A model generated the notes under the pieces. That model was given only the letters and a program-made list of their open reading frames with translations, ran no database searches and had not been told where the DNA came from. This document shows positions 1 to 17,035 of a stretch of 64,000 nucleotides of DNA, one piece after another. The stretch comes from the human T2T-CHM13v2.0 reference genome, Homo sapiens. Made by a program: the position numbers and the translations under genes. The stretch lies in NCBI RefSeq assembly GCF_009914755.1, contig NC_060946.1; one strand, given 5' to 3'. Every line of letters starts with the position of its first letter. Position 1 is the stretch's first letter.

Positions 1-281
1 TCAAAAGGGGCAAAATGGTAGATTATAAAGACCTGTACTTTCTTGTCACTTCCTAAACATAGCAAGCATTGGTCTATCTTGAACATTTCTGCAGTTATAA
101 ATGAGCCTTGGGTCATGATTTTCTGCCTTTTTATCATAGACAAGATTTAATTTAGGAGATGTCCTTTTAATGTGTAATGTGAATAATAAGTGACACTTAT
201 GAAGCCTATTTTCTTCCAGCCATTTTAATTGTCAAATCTGTCCAGTCAAGATGCAATGTTAGAGGTTTCACTGACAACACC

Positions 282-284
<3 letters not shown>

Positions 285-326
<42 letters not shown>
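285..326. repeat. (TG)n microsatellite
   Basis: Pure TG run of about 21 units, read directly. Confidence 0.95.
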
Positions 327-328
<2 letters not shown>

Positions 329-736
329 CATACATATGATTGAGCAGGATTTATTGTAAGTCAAAACAGTCTCAAATTTCTTAGGACAATACAGCTTCCT
401 TGGCCATTCCCTTGGAGCTCTGAGTTGAGGAGCTGGTGATGTGTATTTCTTTTGCATGTTCTCCACATTATCCCTATGCAGGCCTTCCATGGGCTTGGTT
501 TTGGAACCAGTGATGAGGAAGATCATTAGAATTGTTTTTCTCAAAAAGATTCCTCCATTCTTCTGTATAAGCAATGGAAATTTTCCCAGACCAATATTTC
601 TTCTTTTGAAATGGTAAATTTTGAATATTAACTGGTTAGTATAATCCCATAAAATAACAAAGTTTGAGCCCTATGATCTGTGTTTTAGGCTCAAGTTGTG
701 TTTTATGCTAAATTATCATTTACTCCTTGTATGATC

Positions 737-908
737 TTTTTTTTTTTTTTGAGACAGAGTCTCACACTGTCACTCAGGTTGGAGTGCAGTGGCACAATTT
801 TGGCTTACGGCAAGCTCCGCCTCCCAGGTCCACACCATCCTTCTGCTTCAGCCTCCTGAGTAGCTGGGACTACAGGTGCCCGCCACCACACCCAGCTAAT
901 TGTTTTTT
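737..908 (-). mobile_element. Alu, 5'-truncated (right monomer plus tail), AluY-like
   Basis: Poly-T, then GAGACAGAGTCTC...GGAGTGCAGTGG...GCAAGCTCCGCCTCCC...TAGCTGGGACTACAGG, ending at the mid A-rich linker. GCAAGCTCC and GGACTACA are AluY-type diagnostics. Confidence 0.85.
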
Positions 909-2544
909 AAGATTAAGGATGAAATAAAAGCTGCTCCCCTATATTACATTCATAAATCAGAATTATTAAAGCAAGCTATTTATTTATTAGAAACACATAC
1001 TCCAAATTTAGCATCTAAGACATGACAGTCTTTCAAGAGACATCAATTTACTTTTTAGGGTCTATAGCTATATTTGTATTCATGTTATTGGTGTCCATAA
1101 TATTTCATTAGATGTTCTGGGTAAATTGATAAATGAAAATAATATATGTGATAAGGAGAACAACCTAGGCCTCCTGGAGGGCCCCTTACAACTCAGCTGG
1201 TGTTAGCAGAAATGCCTGGGAGTAACAGTGAGAAACAACCTTTCAAAAGTGTTGAGCAATTTTTCAGGCAGAGGAATATGTATACCAATCCAGGCAGCAA
1301 GATAAGTGGAGGTCAGTTAAAAGATCAGTGTGTGATTACATTTCATTTTTAGGTTTCTACTGAGAGGAAATATGACACTCAGTTATTATTTTCTCCACAT
1401 ATCTCTGGTTATTTTGTCACAACCTTTTATGTAAGCTACTACTAAACACTGGGTTATCCAAGATCTATGGGTCGTATTCAATATTTGCTTTTCCCTCAAC
1501 TACTAACACATTTGATTCCCTTTGTAACTTTCTCCCCTATTTCTCCTTTCAACCTGTTTTCTCCAAACACACTGAGTAAATAAGCCTCCTATATACTCTC
1601 ATAACCTGTTTTATCTAAAGAGATTTCTTTTTTCTACTATTATACCCATCTCATTCCCTAATTTATTTATTCTTATTTCTCACTCTATTTTTTATTCTTT
1701 TAGGCACAGCTCATGTCTCATGACTTTCAAAAAGTTTTTCTTCTGATATTCCCAGCTCGAATTAGGTACATCCCAATCAGTTTCCTTAGACTTACAACTC
1801 TGCATATTATTGGCTTGCAATCTGTCTTAGGCTGGGAATTAGCTCCTTGTAGGCAGGGGCTAGAATTTATTTACTCTTATGTCCATAATGCCTGACACAG
1901 GAACTATTCTCATATACAAATTGTAAGGCCATAATTCCTGAGAACATATGTACATTGTAGTGACTCATAAAGGCTTGAAATAAATTTTTAAAATGATAAA
2001 TTGGGAAGTCCATGAACTTGACATCTTGATGTAGAAGAAAAGCAAGGGCAGATGAAGAAGTTATACAGGATACTTGAAATACCAGAAGAATATAATCAGA
2101 GAGCAATAAATTAATCCTAGATTTTTAGATGTGAAGAAGTTCTGAGAAATATTTGAAGACATGGCTCTAGGGATGAGTACATAACAGAGACCATTAGCCA
2201 GAGTCAGAGCTTTTCAGAGTGAAGAAATTCCATTGCAGGGGGCAGGACTCTTGTATACTAAATAGAAATTGTCATTAAATGGAGACTAAGCAAGAGGCTG
2301 ATGATCTGTGGATGACAGATGCAGAAAGGTGTGGAGATAGAGGTAAATGCCATAATATACAAAGAGGATATTTTTGTACCAGAAAGAAATAATAGGTCTA
2401 GAACGTAATAAAAGATAAATAGTTAACTACATTGCAATGTGGTCTGAGAACTCACTGAAGGCATAGCCATTGATATTAACTTCCACTTCGCTTCCAGACA
2501 AAAGATTTTAAATATCTTAAAAATTGCATTTGATATTGTATGAT

Positions 2545-2768
2545 TCATCAAGACAGAAAGTAATGCTGTAGTTGCCCTGGGAGGGCGGGGAATGGGGAGT
2601 CACTTTTTAATGGGTACAGGATTTCAATTTTACAAGACAAAAAGAATTATGGAGATGGGTGGTGGTGATGCTTGCACAACATTGTGAATACGTTTAATGA
2701 CACTGAATTGTATACTTAACAGTGGTTAAGATGTAAATTGTTGAGTGTGTTTTGCCACAGTTAAAAAA
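2545..2768 (+). mobile_element. Old L1M (L1MA/L1MB-type) 3' end fragment
   Basis: GGAATGGGGAG...TTTAATGGGTACAG...GGAGATGGGTGGTGGTGATG...GCACAACATTGTGAAT...CACTGAATTGTATACTTAA...CCACAGTTAAAAAA matches the typical L1MB 3' terminus. Confidence 0.75.
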
Positions 2769-3389
2769 CGGAAAACAATAGTATTTGAAGATATAGCCCA
2801 TTTCATCTGGTAGCTAGCTGTATGTGTCTGCTCAGCTGTGGATAGATATTTATGCTGTTTCTGAACTGGAGGTTACTGGTATTCTCTAAGGTATAGGAAA
2901 ATTGATCTTATGTGGCTAACTGAGGTGGATATAGTTGTATCAGTCAGACAGTAATGATATAATCATGATAGTTTACATTTAACACAACTTACATGTGTTA
3001 TACTTTAGAAAGCACTTCATTCATATTATTACTTCATACCATTTTCCCCTTACCATATTTGTCTCTCCTTTCTCTGCTGACTTCAGAAAATGTCTCTTCC
3101 ACACTACTCAATTCATCTCCTTATTTTGTCAAAATTTTAAGTCTCAGAGTCTCCAAAAAAATTCCAGACAAGTCTCATCAGCTTTCAGTCATTGATTAAT
3201 CGATATCCTTAGAGGCTTTCCCTTCCCCTTCTCAATTTAACATAGCTTCCAAATACACTTGCCAGTAAAACAAAGTTGTTTATATGGTTTTGTATTTCTT
3301 CCTGCTGAATTATGAACATTTTTTCATATTGACATTGATTTCCATCTGGCCATGAAATACTCAAGGTGAAGAAAATGAAACAAAATTGT

Positions 3390-3610
3390 TAATATTTATC
3401 AAGAGCCAGGTACTGTTTTCAGTGTCCTAGAAGCATAAACTAGTGTAACGCTCACCAGATCATATGAGAGGCAAAAATGGATGAAACTATAAAATCAAGA
3501 CACAGAGAGTTAAGGGAAATTTCCCAAGATCACACAGCCACTGAGGATATGAACTAGATTTTGACTTCAGGCTATTTACCCCAGAACCTGTGCTTTCAAC
3601 CATTATTTGT
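3390..3610 (-). mobile_element. MIR SINE (degenerate)
   Basis: GACACAGAGAGTTAAG...CCCAAGATCACACAGC resembles the MIR core in reverse orientation. Confidence 0.6.
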
Positions 3611-3659
3611 ACTGCTTCCCTAAATTACTCTTGAGTACACTGTGACATCATACTTCACC

Positions 3660-3800
3660 CATGACACTGATTATCTGGGGAACTTTGCAACTTATTCTGA
3701 ATGTGATTCAGTTTTCTTTTCTGTACAGAGATAAAGTCAGTATATACTCCATAGATTCGTTATAAGGATTATATGAAATGACACATGAGAAGGCTTTAAA
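3660..3800 (+). mobile_element. MIR SINE fragment (degenerate)
   Basis: TCAGTTTTCTTTTCTGTA...GTTATAAGGATTATATGAAATGA resembles the MIR core in forward orientation. Confidence 0.45.
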
Positions 3801-5409
3801 AGGACATGGAAAGAAATAAGCTTTTTTGTTTTCAATCATTTTTCAATAGGTTATCAGTGTTGTGAATGGTTCATGAAAAATGACTTTGGGCTCAGTGAGT
3901 AACTGAAATGTTGTTGCTTAATAGTGTGTTTAATATTAATATAATAGTAACAAATGTTGTTATTGTTGAGTAATACTTATTTGGCTTTTCACTGCTTTTC
4001 TTTTCTAGTGTTTTAGTCAGAGACTTCTTAAGTCTCCTCAAGTGTGTACACATTTCTTAAATTTGTTGGAAAGTACCAAATTTAAGATATCTTGCATTTT
4101 TTTCTTCCTTAGTAAACACTAAATTCCATCACGCAGCAGAAAAAGGGCTCTGTTATTGTTGGTACAATGGCTTAATATTCACTTTTATTCCCTGTATCGT
4201 AGTTCTGATATAATTGCTATTTAGAATAAAGCTTGTTCCTTATTATATGCATTCGTAATTATAAAATTTGTGTTTTAAAGCCTTCTACACATATACTGTG
4301 CTTTTCTTTATTTCCTTATATCTCTTACTGTTTCATGATCCTGGTATTTGAAATCTCATTAAGTGTTGTTTGGGGATTTGCTGGGAATGTCATCTACATA
4401 GTAATGTCTCAAGTTTGTAGCAACTTTAAAACATAATAGGAGATGGAATTCACAGCAGAGTAATAACCCTCCCACTTTAGGCAATGTATTTGTGATTGGT
4501 ATGACTTTGTTCCCAGAGGGCAGTTAGCAACACAATATTAAGGCTATGTGTACAAGGAAAACAAATTTTAAAAATCTCCTTTAAAAAAAAACAGTTCCCA
4601 ATCCTAACCAGTATCATGCACAGAATCCGTTTCCACCTCTTCATATGGAAGCAGCTCTGGGTGGACATCTAGAAAGTTGGATAACTATTTATCACATATG
4701 ATCTGTAAAGGGAGAGATTTACAAGAAAGTGTTAAATTTAATCCATAGGAAAGCAAAATCAAAAATCAATGAATTTTCCATTTGTAGTTTTCCCTAGGGG
4801 CTCCACTCTCTAGATGGCTTAAATGCGTTAGAATTAAATGACTAGGCACAATTGTTTGTTAGTGACATAAAAGCAAGGTAAGCATTTCTGCTTTATGAGT
4901 CCAAGCACAGGGAAACTTGGTTTTCTTTGGAAGGATATCATAAAGGCAATGTTTATGAGTAATCCCTCATTGTCTTTCCTTCTGTAGCATTCAATGGTAT
5001 GTACTATAATTTAGAAATGAAAACTACTTAAAGACCACTTGCTAAGTTTCATGTATTTCAAATTCTCAGATCCTGAGTGTTTAAATATGCCTATATTTCT
5101 TCATGAAAAAAACATAATCTTTGCCAAGTTAGAAAAAGAAAGTCATATTCCCATTTTTAACTCAATGTAATCAGAAATTTGGACAGTTTTTAGCCTTCAA
5201 TACATTATGTAATTTAGGTAACAGGCTGAATAAAAGTAAGGAACTTCAGTTAAATTCAGAGAGAAGCTAGTAATTATTTCTAAGACTCAAATGTATAGAA
5301 CAGATCTCTGATATTAAGGATAAGACCCTCAAAGGTGACCCAAAATGGGTAATTGTGGGATTATTTTGGGAGGAATCATCATAGATTCTTACTGCTATAA
5401 ATACAGTCA

Positions 5410-5770
5410 AATGTCAGATAAATATACTCCACTGAAATGTTTTCTAGGAATGATGTTGGAACCAATGTTGGTAATTTTGAAAGTCATGGAGAGGATTTCA
5501 GATGATAGAAGTCGGGCAACTATCCCAGGTTTAATAAATAAGCAAATGGTGAGTTCCAAAGCTGCTGTATCAATGAGCCTCATATTGATCCTGAGCACAA
5601 TTTCAGAAAGGTCCATTAAATGGGTCTTTGGAGAGCACTTAGGATAAAAGGCTGGCAGCAGGGATTCACTAAGAGCAATGGTGCCAAGCTTGCCTCTTTG
5701 ACATTGTTATCTGACTGATAAAGGTAGGCTATAGTGGTACACAATACAGATATTTCCAGGGTAAGGCTGT
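5410..5770 (+). mobile_element. CR1/L3 LINE reverse-transcriptase relic
   Basis: The translation LEPMLVIL...ISDDRSRATIP...VSMSLILILSTISERSIKWVFGEHL, followed by CAGCAGGGATTCACTAAG (QQGFTK), parallels CR1 RT motifs (AEPLSIIF...PEDWRRANV...RPVSLTSIPGKILE.IIK...EHL...QHGFTK). Highly degenerate. Confidence 0.6.
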
Positions 5771-6661
5771 TGAGCTGCTGTAATTTTCCTTGCCTCTTCA
5801 CTATCTTCTCCTATATTTGACTCCCAAGGAAAAGATAGTTGACTTTTAATCTAGGAATGTATGTTAATTGGCAAAAACAAACAAATGAAACCAAAAACTA
5901 TCCTTTAGGCTTCTCTCTGCTCAGTTATTAGATCATATGAATGTGCCCTTAGGAAACACAGAAGGCCCACACTATTATAGAGACAAATTTCTTACATTCT
6001 CTGATGTTTAATGCTCTTCAAAAGACTTACCATACTTCGCTAATTTGATTACCAACTACTTGAACACAGGGACCAATGTGCTTATTAAAAATTTTGCATA
6101 TTATGAGGGCATTAACTTTTAAGTATTCGATTGTTAAGACAATGTATATTATTATAAACCATAGAAGGCACACTTATTACCTCCTTAAGACCCAGTCTCT
6201 ATTTCTCTGGTTCATAGAACTCCAAGGTCATAGAGGGATTGGACATTCGTGTCTTCAATTGGCCCTCTTCAGCCCTAGGATAAATAGTGATTAATCTAAG
6301 CCAATGGTTTTCGGCTCTGTCTGACCCAATGCCTCTACTTCATAAGAAATTCTTCAAAGACCCCTTCACTATTCTAAACTATTAGTGAGAACACAATGTA
6401 TGCATTCAAGTTGTTGAAAATATTAATGGTATGCTGAAGCTAACAAAGGAGAAATAATTTACTGTCAATATATGATCCAAAATGTATATAATTGTGCCAG
6501 AACATTTACATATCAAATACAATAGAACATAATGAAATTTTCATATCTTCGCCCATACCTTGAAACACTGTAAATAAAAAGCTACAAATATAGTTTCATT
6601 GAATAACCAAATGCCAAAACTGCCATTTCTGTTTTTGACATGATTGATCTGCATTGGTAAA

Positions 6662-7098
6662 TGTAATAGATACTTTCTGTTTGGCCCTTGTCCCCTGTTA
6701 TACTCCCCTATTTACTGGCTTTTGTCCAAGTGGAATGGTCCATATTGAATATCTCAATCTGTTCCCTTGCTCATTGCCTTCTATGCATGTTCATGAGATT
6801 AAAGGGAAGGAGGAAATGGGATTGGGGTTTATTGCCTAAACTCCCTCTCTGCTAGGTCTCCTTGACCAATCTTTTTCATAAGAAAATTAGTGTTTCCTTG
6901 CGTGATCAGGGAAGTTTACTCCCCAGAATTCTGCCTGCTGCTACTAACCCAGAGTTATTGTGGGGTGTGATTTCTGTGATTCCTTCACCCTTCTCCCCTG
7001 ACATTTTCGTAAGTAGTCTCTTTGGAAATAAACCTATGTTAAATTATCTTAGTTTGAGTGTGTTCTGTTTTTCCTATTGAGACTCTGAAATGAGTATC
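6662..7098 (+). mobile_element. ERVL-class solo LTR (LTR33/LTR16-like), degenerate
   Basis: Starts with TGT. The 3' part AATAAACC...AAATTATCTTAGTTTGAGTGTG...TCTGTTTTTCCT...GAGACTCTGA resembles LTR33-family ends. The family assignment is from memory. Confidence 0.5.
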
Positions 7099-7597
7099 TA
7101 AATGAAAAAATCTACCATCTTTTCTCATATACATAGTAGTTTCATTCTTGCAAAATTCATGGCATATTAAAACCATGCAAAAGTACTTGGCACTTAGGCA
7201 GTTACATTTGGGATTGTATAATTAAACAAAGCAGGTTATTCACCTTCATTACATTAGAAAGTCATTCAGGACATACAGCAATCCTTAATTAGGAGAGGCT
7301 ATCCCATGTTACTGGACATATGGCATCCCTGTTTTCCAATCCTTAAAGTTTTTCCTTAAAGTTCCAAAATGCCATCACTTATTATTTCCTGCCATTGGAT
7401 TTTGTCACATGAAGTTGTAAGTCTGGGAATGCCATAGCCATCTTGAAAACATAGGTAGAAAGATAAGAGAATCACAAAGTGGATCATGTTGAATTAACTA
7501 AGCATTGATACCATCTATTTGTTGTGCGATTTGGTAAAAGTTGCTCCTTGTTTTTTTCTTTAATTAGTTGACTATTCTGTTGCTTGAAACTAAAAAC

Positions 7598-7911
<314 letters not shown>

Positions 7912-8013
7912 AAAAACATTTTAACCAATAGCAAAGCACATTATTTCATTACATTTTTTCAAAAGTTGCCAGTAATTTCAATTAAAAATATATATAACAT
8001 GTTTAATGCAATA

Positions 8014-8357
8014 CAAATGCTTTTCAATGTACAATGGGGTTAAGTCTTGATAAGCTGATTATAAATTGAAAATACAGTAAGTTAAAAATGTATTTAATAC
8101 CTAACTTACTGAATATCACAGCTTAGCCTGGCATACTTTAATGTGCTCAGAACACTTACATCAGCTGACAATTGGGCAAAATCATTGAATACAAAACCCA
8201 CTTTATAATAAAGTATTGGATATTTTATGTAATTTGTTGAATATTGTACTGAAAGTGAAAAGCAGAATGGTTATATTCTATTCAAAGCTATCACTTTTGC
8301 TTCATCATAAAGTAAAAATAATCATAAATTGAACCATTATAATTTGTTGACCATCTG
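8014..8357 (+). mobile_element. Tigger4/Zombi-type (Tigger4b-like) non-autonomous DNA transposon
   Basis: CAAATGCT...ACAATGGGGTTA...GCTTAGCCT...GTGCTCAGAACACTTACAT...TTGGGCAAAATCAT...GAAAGTGAAAAGCAGAATGGTT...GACCATCTG follows the Tigger4b consensus end to end. Confidence 0.75.
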
Positions 8358-8480
8358 TGTATATGTATGTGTGTGTGTACCTATATAAACATGTATGTTT
8401 ATATATATATTTGTGTGTGTATATATCCTCGGTGTGTGGGTATGTGTGTTTGAGAGTGTGTGTGTGTGTGTGTGTGTATG
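8356..8480. repeat. Compound (TA/TG) low-complexity microsatellite
   Basis: Read directly. The mirrored copy at ~24,302-24,420 has a shorter CA run. Confidence 0.85.
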
Positions 8481-9624
8481 AAATTGTAGGAAAGTAAAAT
8501 TTCTTATCTTATAGATATAGCATGTTAACATGTTGGTACCTATCTTCCTGAGATGTAAAATTTTACATGGATAGATGTGTACATTTACCGTTGTACACAA
8601 AGAGAAACATATTCTGTAGGCTCTTTGTTTTTCTGTAATTTAATTCAACACTATCTGGTTTATATGGATGATTACATATATAATGCTAGGATGAAGGTTC
8701 TTCTCTATAACTTTGAAACTTCCTTGATTATCAACCCTCGGTGTATTCTTAGAATAGGATTTTATTTTAGAATTAAGATCCTTGTTTCAGGACTCTAGAC
8801 TGTTAACACACAGAACCAACAATTATTCAGAATGGTTGGGTTAGTTCACATTCCCACAGATGAGACATCAAATGTCCAGGCTGCACAGCCTCATTAACAC
8901 TAGATTTTCTGGACATTTTATGTAGTATTTCATCTGATATAAAAAGTAGAATTCTAATTTAATTATGGTTGTTAATTTATTTTTATCTTTTTAGTCATTA
9001 TGAAAATGTTTAACTATATGAAAAGCTAGGAAAGAGTTTTATTTTTTAAGGTAGTACTTCAGAAATATTTGTGATACTTAATTTTTAAAAATTAACTCTA
9101 AAAAATCTTGAAATGTCTGTTTAATGAAATAGGACATAAATACTGGTCACATTAGTGAAAAATATTTGTTTAAAATTAAAATATCTGCAGCAATCCTGTA
9201 GATATTAATAATTTTTAAAGCATGACATCTTTAAAATATAAATGTTCTAAACTTATAATCAGTTAAATATGTCTCTATTAATACATATAGATACATATAT
9301 CTAAATAAATTTGAAGACTTCAAATTCCAGGTATAATATAATTCTTTTCTATCCTGTGATTTGTCATTCAGTATTTTGTAATTTGAACAGAAATATTTTG
9401 CCGTAACCACATGTCTGTATTTTCTCTTACCTAGAAATGTTATTTTATGCAAAATTGTTTTAAAGGTCAGTTTGCATGTTTGAAAACATCTTGTAGAATG
9501 TTACATAATATATTGCATATTTGGTTACATTGTTTTAACTGTGTAAATATGGTTTAAATCTATGATGCTCTTTAGTGCTGATCATGATGCAAAGCAAATT
9601 TATCTGTATAAAAGTCTCCTGTTA

Positions 9625-12368
<2,744 letters not shown>

Positions 12369-12884
12369 CCCCATTAAGGCCATGATCACTGCCAATTTTT
12401 ACTCACAAAGGCTGGAGCTAGAGTTATATGGAATTCCATATGTATCTAAACCATAGATTTATCAATTATCACTTAAACACAACTTGGAGGACACTATCCA
12501 GAATTTGTAGGGCTTGGCCTTATTCTAGAGAAACATACACTGGAATAGGCAGTTGGATTTTAAATTCAGTCTTAAATCTGTTGAAAATAATGCATTTTTT
12601 TCTCAGAGATGAGATATTGTTCAACTCTTTTGACTTATTTTAGATTTGATATTCTACAGTTCGAACACCATGGAGATTTACTAATCTGAATGAACACATA
12701 CCAAATTAGTCTTTGCTCCAGTCTCAAAATCTGAGATTAATTCTGGCTGCTGAATAAATTTTCCAGTGTTAAGAGTATGCTTCAATGCTGGTGACTGGTA
12801 CTACTTTCTGGTAAACTATAGATGACATGTGTGCTTTCATTGCCTGAACTCACTTTGTAGAACACCATTAAATGAAAATCATCA

Positions 12885-13242
<358 letters not shown>

Positions 13243-13296
13243 TTATGGACAATTAAAAGGGCTATACAATCTCTCTCATTGTATGATTCTGGTTTT

Positions 13297-13627
<331 letters not shown>

Positions 13628-15226
13628 TAACACAATTCTTATTACTTCTGTTTTAATTTTACAAAACCATAGGTTTTTAATCTGGGAAACCTTTGAGAAA
13701 ACATCCAGATAAATTTATAAATAGAAAAATAAATTCAGATACATAGAATTAAGTTTATGATCTAACAAGTGGGTGGTAACTGAAAACTTTCCAAGTTACA
13801 TAAACTGAAGTGAAAGGATCACTTTCCTGAAAATATTACAAAGGCTTGATAATTACCTGGATTGTACTAAAACCTACACAATCTAGTATATTCTATAGCA
13901 GCAATTCATAAAGACAGCTTCACTTACCATGTAGAATTTATACATACACTATATTTAAGGAATGCGTTACTTGCTATTGGAGTAGGATAATAAACTCCCA
14001 GCAGAACTGATTTGCATGAATGCCAATTAAACTATCATTGATGTATAAATTAAACAATATATTAAGCTATTGAGCCCCAGATGTGTGAGAGACAGAGAAA
14101 AACTTCAAAAGAGTTCAGCTACCAAATCCCTTCCTCAATAGCTCTTTGAGTCTCAAGACAGTTTCAACCACACACACCCTCAGAGTCTTATGGTCAAAAC
14201 AACATTTGACTGCAGCTCTAAAGTAAGCAAACATTTGAAAAGAAACAATCAAAGATCTATGCCTGTAGTTATGGTCAAGGAGGTCCACCTACTGGTGGGT
14301 GAGCATGGCAAGGATAGGGACTAAGCCAAATGATGGGTTTACCAAAACAGAAACAAGAGAAGTCATTGGAAGCACAGTCCAGGTTATAACAGGAGCCCAG
14401 GCACTTGATGTGGGAACCCTATTTGTCTCATTCAGCACTTAGAGTTTTAACGTCCTATGAGGCACAGCTAATGCCCTTCATTATTTTTTTGTAATTGACT
14501 GCATAGTTTAGAACTATGCCTTGAATTTAATATCTATCTGTTGAATAAATGAATTAATAATGATGAAAATCTGTCCACAGGTTATGTGGACAGTACTGAA
14601 GAGCAACTTCAGCTACTGAGGTATCTATCAGAAGTCTTACTCTCCAAAAAGCCTCTGGTTAGTTACTGATATACGTTGCTGATAATTTCACTTTCACAAT
14701 GTAGGGGAAGCAGGAATGTTATCTGGCCTCTTGGCTCCTCTTCCTTTGCCTTCCACAGATCTCTCTGCTGGTTCACACAGGAACACTTTCGTGGCTCTCA
14801 GTTCATTTTGCAATTCTGCTAGAATCTCATTCCATCCTCAGTTGTAACTAGCTTGTCCTTCACCCAACGCTTATTTACAGAGGGACAGATAGCAAGAAGA
14901 AATCGCACTCTGGATTACAAAGTGGGAAGACGCACCCCTTGGCCAGAATGCCTGCCTCCTATGTTCATGAAGGATATTTCTAATTGATCTCAGCACTCTT
15001 TTCCATTGAGCCCATGTCCCAAATTGGCCGTGAGTTAGGGAGAGGGCTCTAGAGTGGGAAAGGTGTACCCAAAACTTTCCTAATCTGACTATCAAGCCTA
15101 AAAAATTAAACTTTCAATTCAACATCCCTTGTTTCTCCAACTTGGAGTGCCTGATGGTGTGGGAAGCCCCTACTCATAAAAATTCATAGTTGAAGATTGT
15201 TGGTAATTTTGCCCAACCTCCTTCTT

Positions 15227-15675
15227 ATTTTTATTATACTTTAAGTTCTAGGGTACATGTGCACAACGTGCAGGTTCATTACATATGTATACATGTGACA
15301 TGTTGGTGTGCTGCACCCATTAACTCGTCATTTACATTAGGTATATCCCCTAATGCTTTTCCTCCCCTAGCCTGTCACCCCACAACAGGCCCCAGTGTGT
15401 GATGTTCCCCTTCCTGTGTCCATGAGTACTCATTGTTTAATTCCCACCTATGAGTGAGAACATGTGGTGTTTGTTTTTTTGTCCTTGTGATAGTTTGCTG
15501 AGAATGATGGTTTCCAGCTTCATCCTTGTCCCTACAAAGGACATGAACTCATCCTTTTTATGGCTGCATAGTATTCCATGGTGTATATGTGCCACATTTT
15601 CTTAATCCAGTCTATCATTGTTGGACATTTGGGTTGGTTCCAAGTCTTTGCTATTGTCAGTAGTGCCTCAATAAA
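15227..15675 (-). mobile_element. 5'-truncated L1PA (PA4/PA5-like) 3' end with TSD
   Basis: TTATTATACTTTAAGTTCTAGGGTACATGTGCACAACGTGCAGG... through GCCTCAATAAA. Perfect TSD CTCCTTCTT at 15,218-15,226 and 15,676-15,684. Confidence 0.93.
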
Positions 15676-17035
15676 CTCCTTCTTTCTTTGCCTAGTTACA
15701 CCTCAATGCAACCTCCTGGCAGGCCAGCCTTAAGCCCAGCAGTACAACCATGCATCTAAGCTGAGTTCTCATCAGAGCCAACTTCAATTATAAACAACTG
15801 AGATGATGCCAGAGGCCAGAATCCCTGAGAACCCAATTTGCTGTCATCACCGCAGCTGAAACAAGGCGCTTGGCATCTAGAAAAGCTGATCTGTAGGAAA
15901 TTTCCAATAGAGTTCAATTTTTTTTCTAAGTTTAAAGTGTACAATATCATCAAGGTCAGACACTCGAGGTAAAACTAGGCTTGTGTTTAAATATAATAAA
16001 AATATTTGAGGAATAGTAAGAGTGGTGACTACTTTTACACAGGAATGTTTCAAATAAATTGTTTTTTTCTTGTGCCTTTTAAATTTTGTGATTTGTCAAT
16101 GAGATGCTGACATATTTTTAATGAAGCATGCCTTGTAAAATAATAAGTGAATGAAAACTACACAGTAATATTTACATCAACAAAGCTAGAAGACTGTATG
16201 TCTCAAGAGGCTCCATTATCTACCCAGTGGCCACTTGACCAAATTAAGATCCAAATACCAAAAAGAAAAGTAATTAAAATTTGTGTTGTATGCCTTATAA
16301 GACCAAACCTATAAAATGAGGGGAAACTTCACAATTACTTGTAATTTGCTCTGTGGAATTGTAACAGATGGATTATAAAGATGATTCCATGATAAACATC
16401 TAAATGTGGTTACTACCTTCTGTGCTTTCTTGGTTCATATTTTTATTTTTTTTCTTTATAAACAGACAATTCATTCTTATCTATGGCAATGCAAACTTTT
16501 CAGATGTATTGAATATGTCATAGTTTTTTTCTATTGTAGGCATCTCTAAAAAAGGTATAGAAAACAAACAGAGAAAAGTCTGGTGTTGGAAAGGAGAGAG
16601 AAATAAAGCTTGTAAAGGAATGAAGATTAGAGCTTTCTGGAGATAAAAATTCTTAGAAGATACAAAAGCTAGTTACTGAATTAGATGAAGGTTCTTTTTC
16701 AGTTTTTCCCAGTTGTTCACCTCTTAGAAGGCACATATTCACAGCAGAAAAGAAAAAAAGGGTTAAAAAGAAAATACCTCGGTGTAGTGAGACTGTAATT
16801 TCATGAGGGCATTACTGAAGACTCACTTTTTCCAGCATCACTCAGCATGGTATTATGCATGTGTGTAATGTAAAGGAAAGTGAATATGCATTCTTGGATG
16901 GGTGATCAAATCGTAATTCCAGAATGTAATCAGAAGCTGATTCATTATCCTCTTGAGATTTCACAATCTTTTCATCAGGAATTAAAATTCAGAAGAGGGT
17001 AAATGTATCTAATCATTTGAAAGTTAAAAATTAGT

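Noticed and set aside
206-600. 122-aa minus-strand ORF, and a WFQN homeobox-like word in another minus frame
   Set aside because: The ORF is extended by the (CA)n repeat. The WFQN frame lacks the homeodomain helix spacing and basic tail and hits stop codons immediately. A tblastn/HMM search would be needed to revive it.
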